A stretch of 64,000 nt of DNA from Calcarisporiella thermophila CBS 279.70 (lineage: Eukaryota; Fungi; Calcarisporiellomycota): contig NW_027192196.1 of the NCBI RefSeq assembly GCF_041956535.1, forward strand, positions 266,921 to 330,920, in the 5' to 3' direction. Positions within the stretch are counted from its first letter, which is position 1; every line of letters begins with the position of its first letter. Position numbers and translations under genes: made by a program. The notes under the pieces were generated by a model. That model searched no databases and had not been told where the DNA came from. It worked only from the letters and a program-made list of their open reading frames with translations. Of this stretch, positions 53,897 to 64,000 are shown one piece after another.

Positions 53897-56071
53897 ATGG
53901 ATATACGATCGCGGGAAAACGATAAGGATCGCACACCACCATCCCTCTCTTATTTCTGCATCTACAATCCTACTTTAGGCACCTCTGAAGAAACGAGCAA
54001 GGACCAGCTTCTCTACTACGCTGCCCGCAAGGCTGTTCCTCTCGACGCGAAACTTAAGCAGGTCGGACTTGCACAGGCCCTCGTCAATTTCACACGGTAC
54101 GCATTTCCAATTATACTTACTAGTCGAACTATTATGCTCTGTCCTTCGCTTAGATATACCGATATTCGCTACTAATTCATTAACTCAACCGCTTTATTAT
54201 TACAGAGTGTTCTCTCAAAACAAGCCATGTGAGAATGTTCACACTCAAAAGAACAGACTGGTATTCTTGGAAGCTGAGCCTGGCTTTTGGATACACATGG
54301 TATTTTCGGGAAATTATGGAAAATGTAACTTCTATCGCATCTGACTCTTATTATTTCGAAATTCAGTGCATCGAGCTCGGTCAGATGAAAAAGCAAGGAA
54401 AGGACAGCAGCGGAAAACCTAAAGTGAACATTGAATACCTAGATCATGAACTTCAAGATGTGACCATTAGAGCAGCACTGGAACAGGCATACCAAATTTA
54501 TAAGGTAAATCCGCCAAATATCTCTTATACAACCCAGTATGATTAACAAAATCCTTTTTTTTTATATGCATATGAAATTCCATTAGCTTTTCAATGGAAG
54601 CTTTGAGTCTACTATACGGAAACAATCTATAAAACATCTACAACACCGACTTGAGGATTTCTTTGGTGAATGGATATGGAAGTGGGATTTTGATTCCCTT
54701 GATACACATACTGCATTAGATGGTAAGGATCGGTATAACATTGGAGTAGAAAATAGAATCTAACCCTGTCCCCTTCCCCCTTTTTTGTTTAACAAGGCAT
54801 TTTTTATCAACCACTTTCGCGCAACACCCACAACTTGCTCTCTCTACTATTTGACGATCTTCAACGCGAATTTGCTATGTTCTCTACCTTCATGGTGCTA
54901 TCAGCGGATGATGCACTGGTCTTTAGTGGGCTTAAGGATGTGTGCGACTCGCGTAATCTCTGGCATCACGTTACTGAACTTACATGTGAAAGAAGAAAGC
55001 AAGAGACCGCGCAACGTTCGAAGAAAACCTCCCAGGTCTCGACCCTAAGAAGCATTACGAAAACCTTCTCAAGCTCAAATCTTTTTGGGTCATATTGGTA
55101 TTCAGCGCCTGCACTCTCATCTTCCTCTTCTTCTCCTACACCTGAATCTTCACCCGCACCTCCCACATTAAATCCCCCCGTAAAACCGGATTCTGCTCCA
55201 CCCGCCGTAACTTCCTCATTGGCGGACCCACTAATACCCTCCGAGTCGCCACCCGAAAGACACGGGTATTACCTGGTGGGACCCAAGGTTATGGACGCCC
55301 GAAAGAAAAAAATCGGACTGACTAGAGTATACCTAGCTGGAGAGATAGACGAGACAGAAGCATTGACTGGGGGGTTTGGCACAAAAGTCAACAATGAAAT
55401 GGAACATTTCTTAATCGTTTATGGGGTAAATACAGGAGCACGTGTTGTTTGAAATTTCTTGAAAGATTAATGGACATCAAACCATAGTTTAAATCGCAAG
55501 TGACGCTGGCTTTCCTTATACCTTGTGGCGCATCTGGTGCTAGTGAGCAGCTCTCCAGCCCCGAATTTTACCACCGGTTAGATTCATACCTTGGACCACG
55601 GTTACTTGATATTGTCGCGGCAACCACAGAGGATAGTGAGCGTGTGCGAAAAATGTGTGCAAAGCCTGATCGTGAATATCGATACATCCTCTTCAATCGC
55701 ATCAATCTAGGGATCCGCTCCTCCATAGGTGGATCCAAACATGGAACTGTCAATGCAGAGATGGTTAGCTGTATTAACCGGGTTAAAGCTGATTTGGAAG
55801 TGTACGGAGATTTGAATGAGGTATATGTTAGAACAAGCTCGAGTTTCTACGTGGCTGGAAGGAGGACAGAAGATAGAGAGGTGTATATCGTGGTGCCGAG
55901 AAAGGATGCCTCACTAGTGGATGTAGAAGGTAAGTTGAACCCCCCGTACCAATTTTATTTCTCTTTACGTTAAATATAATGTAACCTTTTTTTTTCATTT
56001 GGGCTAACCTTGATGCAGAGGATATGCGGAAAGTGTGTTCGTATGTGTTTATGGGAACGTTTTTGGATTGA
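53897..56071 (+). CDS. CCZ1: Vacuolar fusion protein CCZ1 (Mon1-Ccz1 Rab7/Ypt7 GEF subunit)
   Basis: LSYFCIYNPTLG..EE...QLLYY, KLKQVGLAQALVNFT, EAEPGFWIHM, YRYILFNRINL and GRRTEDREVYIVV..KDASLVDVE. Confidence 0.9.
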
Positions 56072-56342
56072 TTGTTAATCTCCTTGTATATTATTCTAAT
56101 GCACCGTAAAGATATGTCACCATGAATAGAAGGGCAGTCAAATGTTATATTCGAATTATAGCAAACAAAAGAAAAGTACATACATAAAGATAAAAGACTG
56201 TTATATAAATCTCTACCTAGAGTGCACAAGAAATATCTCTCTTTCAAGCAGAGAATCAAGTGAGAATACAAGCTTTAGATATATTTGTTATTATACTGGT
56301 TGAAAAACTTGAAAAAAAAAATTCGCGTCTACTTCGGAAGGC

Positions 56343-57825
56343 TCAATAGTGGTAAGGATAGTCGAAGCCATAGAAAGACTCAGGCGCATCATTAAAGATG
56401 AGGTAGTTGTAAGTGTCCTGAGGGACTTCTTCGAGTACATTCTTGGTTGAGATTTTCTGCAGGTACTCCCTCATTGTCTTGGGGGTGAAAAGCTCCGTTG
56501 AATTCTCAGCCTGTGCCGACAAGAAGTATGCGATCAATCCCGCCACGTGTGGGCTTGCCATCGAGGTTCCTGAAATAGTGTTGGTCGCAACACGTGATCC
56601 AATCCAGGCCGAGGTGATGTCCTTTCCAGGAGCAAATACATCGACGCATTTTCCATAGTTACTGAACCAAGCGCGTTCGTCCTCAATGGTGGATGCGGCA
56701 ACGGTGATGGCTTTTTCTGCCGCAGCAGGACTGTATCTGCATGCATCCGAGTTGTCATTTCCAGCAGCGACGGCAAAGAACACCCCAGCATCCACAGCTG
56801 AGTTTACCGCTGAATCTAGAGCTCTACTTGAACCACCGCCCAAAGACATGTTGGCAACCGATCCGCGATGACGCTTGTTATTTCGGCGCGCATCGAGAGC
56901 CTCCTGTTTATGTTTTTTAGCAGCCCACGCCACGCCGGCAATCACATCGCTCATGGTTCCAGAGCCGTTGGAACGAAGCACTTTCACGGCGACCACCTTG
57001 GACTTTTTCGAGACTCCGTATCTCGATCCAGCAATAGTACCTGCAACATGAGTTCCATGGCCGTTTCCATCCACATCTTCGTCGTTACTCGGAATAGTCA
57101 CTCCCCATCGAGCACGGCCTTCAAAATCAACATGATTTACGTTGACTCCTATTAAACATAAAATATTAAAATCAATTACAGGAAAAATCAGGATAAAGAT
57201 TAGCACGCTACTCCGTACCCGTGTCGATTACATAGACTGTAATATTCTCTCCAGCGGCGTTAGAGTCGTAAATATACTTGTTGTAGGTACGGAAGGTGAG
57301 CGTGGGCCGGTGCGAGATGCGCGACAATCCCCAAGGGGCGTTGCGCTGGATTTCACTGGCATACACGATAGAATCGCGTTCGACATAGGCCACCTACATG
57401 AGGAGAAAATTTCGCATTAATAAGCAGAACAGAGGAAAAGCGCGGTGGAAATCACAGGTATATCTGAAAATCTTCATTACATCTTCGTTCCGCCTAATCT
57501 TGTCCACAGTGAGCTCAGAAAAATGGCCCGCATATCCTACAAAATTGTCCAGTGCGTAAGTATGCTTAATGCCAGCTGCGACTCCTGGATCAGAGAGCAC
57601 TCTGGATAATGGGTCATCTTCGTGCATGCGCTTCACCCAATCGTGATGCGCCTGCACACGGTGCTGCTCGATATTATCCTTGAGAACCACTATGTAGCCA
57701 TCTCTGACGACTTCGGCGGTCTCAGAGGAGACCAGCGGCGCAAGGGGCTCTTGCAGCGGGATGGAAAAAATGGGCCATGCCGAGGCGGCTGTCGCAGCCA
57801 AAAGTCCAAAAAGCAAAGGTTTCAT
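56343..57825 (-). CDS. PRB1: Vacuolar subtilisin-like serine protease (proteinase B/cerevisin type) with I9 prodomain, 3 exons
   Basis: Signal peptide, YIVVLK prodomain, [18 protein letters not shown] (Asp), [11 protein letters not shown] (His), [13 protein letters not shown] (Ser). [11 protein letters not shown] is preceded by the basic insert typical of the vacuolar subfamily. Confidence 0.92.
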
Positions 57826-58503
57826 AAGGGGTATTCAGATGAGGTTGGAATTGGGGTGAGGGGGTAAATCAAGAAGTAATTTGGACAGTGGAAAAATAGA
57901 ACAAGGCAAGCTGACTCAAAGAGACGCGCGTCTCTTATCTCCCCCTCTTTCAGCTTAAGATTGTGACATCTCGTGACCGTAATCCTCAATTAAGGTTATA
58001 ATTCCATAAATGACTTCATTTCATTAGAATACGAGTGTTCTGTGGAGTGACTGCAAAGCCATGAAACATAGAGGCACCTTAAGTACACTATAGAATCTCG
58101 CAAGCAGATGACCCTGTATAATATGATCAATTATAATAAGGCACATTATATTCGAAGAATAAGCGTGCTCTCCACAGAGTTAATGGATCTGCCGAGTTAT
58201 AGTTTTTCCGAGATTTATATAGCATTTTTCTGCACTTCGCAAAACACTGCCATTTCTAAATATACTGGAGGAGCAGTGAGCATTTAGACGCTATACAATG
58301 TTTGGGGGAAATTGGGCGAAGAAGATCGGAATGAAAAGAAAATGTACGGAATATTTACCATCGGACATTAAAAGAAAATCTTGGCCTTTTTAAACCATAG
58401 TGTTCAACCACCTCCTCGCTGCGTTCTTTCTTCGTTTTCCCCTCCAAATTTACTCCCGATCTCCTTTTACCGCGCTAATAATAGAGCCAGAGCCGACTCA
58501 TAC

Positions 58504-60229
58504 ATGACTGACACGCCTGCCGCTGTAGCAACTCCAAACAATGTCATAGTGGCTAGTAAAGAAAAAGAGGCCTCCATGGTATCCCTTCCGGATTCACGGC
58601 AGCTTACTTTACAGCCGTACATATTTATGTGTGCCATATTCGCTGCCATTGCCGCATTTAATGCAGGGTTCTCAACAGGTGTCCCCAATATCCCTGAAAA
58701 GTCCATCAGAGCCTGCTCACTTGATATCCAGGAGGCCTATTCTGGGACTCTTCCGGCATGCCTTCCCATGAATGATTGGACGTGGGGCGTAGCGGTCGGC
58801 CTCTATGCTCTGGGTGGTTTGCCCGGAGGACTACTTGCTGGTTTTATAGCCAACAAAATCGGAAGAAGGGATGCTCTCCTTTGCAACAACTTCTTCTTCA
58901 TCGTTGGTGGAGTACTGATTTCAACCTCTCCGCATATCGTGCAATTCACTATCGGAAGGTTCTTGACGGGGGTAGGCTCTGGTTTCGCATGTGTGGTTGT
59001 CAGCATGTATTGCGCAGAAATATCAACAATTAAATACCGTGGGGCTATAGGAACTGTGTTGCAGCTAATGCTGGTGACGGGTATTTTGATCTCGCAAGCA
59101 CTTGGCCTATCTCTATCTTCCTCAGTTTCAGGGTGGAGGTAATAGGAAGAGAAAAGATTCAAATGATATATACAATGCTAATTCGCAAATTTGACTAGAT
59201 GGCTCTTCTCCATTACCGTGGTCGGTTCCCTTTTCCAGCTTTTACTACTTCCACTCTGCGTCCGCTCTCCCCGCTGGCTTATCTCCAAAAATCGCATCGA
59301 CGAAGCTATGCAGGCCCTGAAGCGGTTGAGGAAAGGGTATGATATCACGGAAGAATTCAGTGAAATGGTAAACGCTCAACAACAGGATAAAGAAGGAGGT
59401 GAAAAGGAGGGCAAACATGTGTCATACAATGCCCAAAAGACACTCAATGTCTTTGAATTATTATCCAATCCTGCTCTGGTCAAAACTGCCTTGTTGGTAA
59501 TGGTAGTTCATGGAGGCTCACAGATATCAGGTACCTCTACATAAGCAATATATAGATTGAAATTCTGTCTAACTGAGAATTTGTATTTATCAGGCATCAA
59601 TGGGGTGATGTACTTTTCGACCTCTATTTTTGACAAATCATTCGGCAGTGCAGCGCCCAGCGTCACCGTGGGGATAGGATGTTTGAACCTCGTGATGACC
59701 CTTATCTCATCCTACCTGATTGATCGTGCTGGGAGGAGAATGCTTTTACTTACATCAACTTGTGGCATGTCAGTCATGAGCACTTTAATGGTCATTGCTT
59801 CCGTTCTCAAAATCGATGCCCTTGTGGTTGTATCGGGTAGGACACTCTAGAAAACATTTCTACGGATCAGAACGAATCGTTAACTCATCCATATTCATAG
59901 TTATGTTGTTTGTCGCATCTTTTGCAATTGGCCTTGGAACTGTCCCTTGGCTGATTGTAGCTGAGTTGTTCCCGACTTATGCAGTTGGAGCTGCTTCTTC
60001 CCTTGCAATGGGGATTAACTGGTTTTGTAACTTTATCGTTGGTCTCGTGTTCCCAACTCTTAAAAGCGCTCTAGGAGACTACACATTTGTCGTATTCGCT
60101 GTGACGAATATGCTGCTCTTCCTCTTCACTTTCTTCCTTATTCCAGAAACCAAAGGGGTATCTCTCGAGAAGACCGCTGGTATAACCAAGGAAGTGAAAA
60201 ATGAGCCTGCTGTTCTCAGCGAAATCTAA
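58504..60229 (+). CDS. MFS sugar porter (GLUT-like; resembles vacuolar YBR241C/VVS1-type), 4 exons
   Basis: IGRRDAL, IGRFLTGVGSG, YCAEIS..YRGAIG, SPRWL, QISGINGVMYFST, IDRAGRR, IGLGTVPWLIVAELFP, INWFCNFIVGLVFP and PETKG. Confidence 0.9.
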
Positions 60230-61054
60230 TCAATTGGAAGGAGTTACTTAATAATGTATCATATAAAAGCGGTTTTTTATGATGGTTTTCCATTGAAATC
60301 TTTGCTGGAGTAATACCAACCTCCAAAAAATGAAATATCATCAAATAGCAATTCCATTGAAACTTATTTGCGAAATCAATATAAACTTGATGATAGCTCC
60401 AATATTTGTGACCTTTTATTCTAACAAAGAGAATACTTTAGTATTAATGGCTGTACAATGTGGCTATCGATTGCGATACTAGTAAATAGTAGCAGAGTGC
60501 ATTGGAAGCGCCTGTATAAGAGGGTTTTAATGAACCATGAATGCAACTTCAAACAATCCTAAACACTCTAAAGCATGTTTTCTCTGATTCCGCGAGCAAA
60601 TTGCAGATTCAATCACCGACTTAATAGACACAGCCCCTCGTCATGGCCGTAATCTAATCCAGCAACCGAGGGTTTTTGGTCACTTGATTAAACCAAATAT
60701 CTTCGTAGCCTGTAGAGAAAAAGCGAATCGTGCCAAGCAAGCGAGCTTCTAGAGTCCAATTCAATACTAGCGGGAATGTGCTTATATAGGAGGGCCTGTC
60801 TATCTTCATGGTAAAGTATGCGGGTAATTGTAGTTCAAACAAACGCTTTGCACATGCTAGAATAGCAAGCAATTCTGTTATCTGTCACAGTTGGCTGATC
60901 GAGTTATGCCTCTCGTCAAACTTCATGAGATGGTTAAAATAAAAGCAGTCTCAAATTTTATTAAAATTTGGCGGCGTTACAAGCATCTCACTCTCTCCTG
61001 ATTAATAAAGCACTAAGTATCTCTTAGACACTCTTCACACTCCCACATCATAGA

Positions 61055-64000
61055 ATGCAATCGCGGCACGTAAATATGAGTGCTCCGCGATTGAGAGCTG
61101 TATTTTCATTGCAATGCATCCTTCTTATTTTATTAATATTTTCGACTACACTCAGCGACGCACAGACTCATCAGAATGGTTACTGTGTGATGCGAGGACA
61201 ATGCGGCGCAAAGAGTTTCTTTGGCAAGCAGCTTAACTGCCCGGTTAATGAAGCAGCTATTCAGGTCATATATTATATATTCTTTTGTGATTAGCAGTGT
61301 TGAAATCTGATTTTTAAAAATAGCCGAGCGAAGACTTCCGAGCGAAGCTTGTGGAGACATGCGGTGAGCAGTTTCAGAATGATGGCGTCTGTTGCGATGA
61401 AGCCCAGCTGGATGATCTCATTGCATCAACCAAGCAAGCTTATACACTAATTAGCACGTGCCCAGCATGCTGGAACAATTTCCTTCAATTTTGGTGCACT
61501 TTCACCTGTTCTCCTAATCAATCGCGCTTTGTCAATGTTACTAGCACCGCCATCGCGCCAAGTACTAAGAAAGAAATTGTGACATCAGTAGATTTCTACG
61601 TTGGTGATGAATTTGGCGGCGGTTTTTACAACTCCTGTAAAGAGATCAAGTTCCCAGCAACGAATGGATATGTGATGGATTTCATTGGAGGAGGCGCGAA
61701 AAATTATAAGGAGATGCTAAGATTCATGGGACAGGAGCGACCACCGATCGGCTCTCCCTTCCAGATCAATTTCCCAGACACCTCTCCTACGGAAAATATG
61801 ACCTCCTATGACGAGCCGGCAAAACGTTGTAGCGATGTTGACGTGCGCTATCGGTGCTCTTGCGTTGATTGCCTTGAGGTGTGCCCCGTACTAAGCCCAA
61901 CCCCGGATGAAGCCCCGCAGTGTTTCGTTGGCCCCTTTGGTTGCTGGTCGTTTGGATTATTGCTTTTGTACGCAATGATACTCTTTGGGGTTGTAGTAGC
62001 ATTGCTATGGCGACAGCGTGAGCGGTGGCTCCGATGGATGGGTCGTCGCCGTCATTCCTATGAGCCAGTAGCACTTTCCGATGAAGAGGATGCCGGTGAT
62101 ATTCGAGGTCCGCAGCTGGTCGATCCCTATAGTCTTCCTAAGCGCTACTGGCTCAACTCCGTCATCCAAGACTGGTTTTATCGCCTCGGGTACGTATGCG
62201 CCGAGCACCCTATTTGCACCATATTGATTAGCTTGGCATTTGTATCACTTTGCTCGGTGGGGTGGGTGCGTTTCGGGATTGAGCGTGATCCAGTGCACTT
62301 ATGGGTGCCGCCCAACTCTCCTTCTTTACAACAGAAAACGTTTTTCGACGAGAATTTTGGTCCCTTCTATCGAACTACCCAGCTGATTATCACCTCGAAG
62401 ACACCAAACTCAACAGTCATCACCGAAACCAACCTGAGGCATTTGTTTGAGCTAGAGAAAAAGATCCGCACACTTCCCTCGCATCCCAACAACTACACCC
62501 TCCAAGATGTTTGTTTCCATCCCACTGGCCCAAATTGCGTGGTTGAGTCCGTAACTGGTTACTGGCAAGGGGATCCTGACAATTTCAACTCTGACTCTTG
62601 GAGGGATGATTTAATGTCGTGTGCACAGCAGCCAACTTATTGTCTCCCTGATTTCCAGCAGCCACTCAAGCCCGATCTGATACTGGGCGGGTTTGAAAAT
62701 GATAACTATTTGGAGTCGCGTGCAGTAATTTCGACCTTTGTGCTGAGAAATTCGTTGAATGCGACTGAAATTGCACGGGCGGCGGAATGGGAGCGGACCA
62801 TGATAGCTTTTTTGAAAGAGGCGGAGACGAAGGAAGGATGGCCGGATGTTCATATCAGTTTTTCAACCGAGGTAAACAATTCCTCCTTGCACACCATTTT
62901 TATTACCGACGAGAAAAGCGAATACTAATACCTATCTCTATATTTGTGTATATCACTAGTCTTCACTCGAAATTGAACTTAACAAATCTAGCAATACGGA
63001 TGCACTCACTATTATTATTTCATATTTCGTCATGTTCCTTTACGCTTCCCTTGCCCTAGGCAAACTCTCTACCTCTCTACGATACCCGACACGACTGGTC
63101 ATCGATTCCAAGTTTTTACTTGCCCTTGGCGGCATATTTATCGTTATTGCTTCGGTATGCGCATCGGTTGGTGTCTTCTCGCTGATCGGACGAAAGACGA
63201 CGCTGATCATCGCGGAAGTGATACCGTTTTTAGCGCTGGCAGTAGGAGTGGATAATATTTTCATTCTTTGTAATGAGTTTGAGCGTCGACGACACGAAGA
63301 GGCCATTGAAGAACGAGCGGCAAAAACTCTTGCTAGGATGGGCCCAAGTATATTGTTGAGCGCATTAAGCGAAACAATTGCCTTTGGCCTCGGGAGCTTG
63401 GTGACCATGCCCGCAGTGAGCTCGTTTGCCGCGGTGGCCGCACTTGCCGTGTGGATTGATTTCGTGCTGCAGGTGACGATGTTCGTGGCATTTTTGGTTT
63501 TGGATGCTCGGCGCGCAGAGGACGATCGAATTGACTGCTTCCCCTGTCTGAGGCTGCATGATGTGTCCCAACCAGACGAAGAGGCTGAAGGCTTGTTGCA
63601 AAGTTGGACACGAAAATACTACGCGCCTCTGGTTTTACATCCCACCCTGAAGCTTGGCATTGCAGTAGTGTTTTTGGGCTTTTTCCTAATCGGATTGGCA
63701 CTTGTGCCTAAAATTGAGCTTGGACTTGGTAAGTTAGCTAACGGCCTTTTGCTTCGCCCCTAAAGTTCATCTCATGACTCTGTTTCTGATTATAGAGCAA
63801 CGCCTGGCGCTGCCAAGTGATTCATATCTGGTTGATTACTTCAATAATCTGGACAGCTATTTCCGGGTTGGCCCACCTGTCTATTTTATTGCACAGAATG
63901 TGAATACGACGTCTCGTGCCGGCCAGCAGGCTCTCTGTGGTCGTTTCTCCACATGTGACCCGTACTCGTTGGCAAATATTTTAGAGCAAGAGCGCAAGCG
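61055..64000 (+). CDS. NCR1: Niemann-Pick C1 sterol transporter; 3' end lies outside the window
   Basis: Signal peptide, Cys-rich N-terminal domain (CVMRGQCG, CPACWNNF, CTFTCSPNQS), FFDENFGPFYR, sterol-sensing domain (EVIPFLALAVGVDNIFIL, MGPSILLS, MPAV) and ALPSDSYLVDYF. Confidence 0.96.

Overview
Gene-dense, intron-rich eukaryotic DNA (GT-AG introns mostly ~55-100 nt). Gene content suggests a fungus, probably an early-diverging (non-Dikarya) lineage: tomosyn with an intact R-SNARE, WC-1, WOPR factor, ACU-type P-ATPase, SMU1, PRCC, translin. About 26 protein-coding genes were reconstructed by hand-splicing: malic enzyme (partial), a 4-exon DUF7721-like gene missed by the ORF track, LCB2, ACU/Na,K-type ATPase, a 60-aa Tudor-like protein, POF1, a TERB2-like gene, translin, oligopeptidase A, chitin deacetylase, GEM1, PRCC, Gti1/Pac2 factor, PPR protein, a CUE-Myb-U-box protein, tomosyn/Sro7, Uds1-domain protein, WC-1, lipoate ligase, SMU1, THOC7, CCZ1, proteinase B, a sugar porter and NPC1 (partial). 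There is also a decayed DIRS-like retroelement. The top observation is a 5-exon gene (15535-16737, minus) resembling both conserved ends of metazoan TERB2, the meiotic telomere-tethering protein, which suggests an animal-type TERB1-TERB2-MAJIN bouquet system in a fungus. All family assignments come from motif recognition from memory; no database searches were run.
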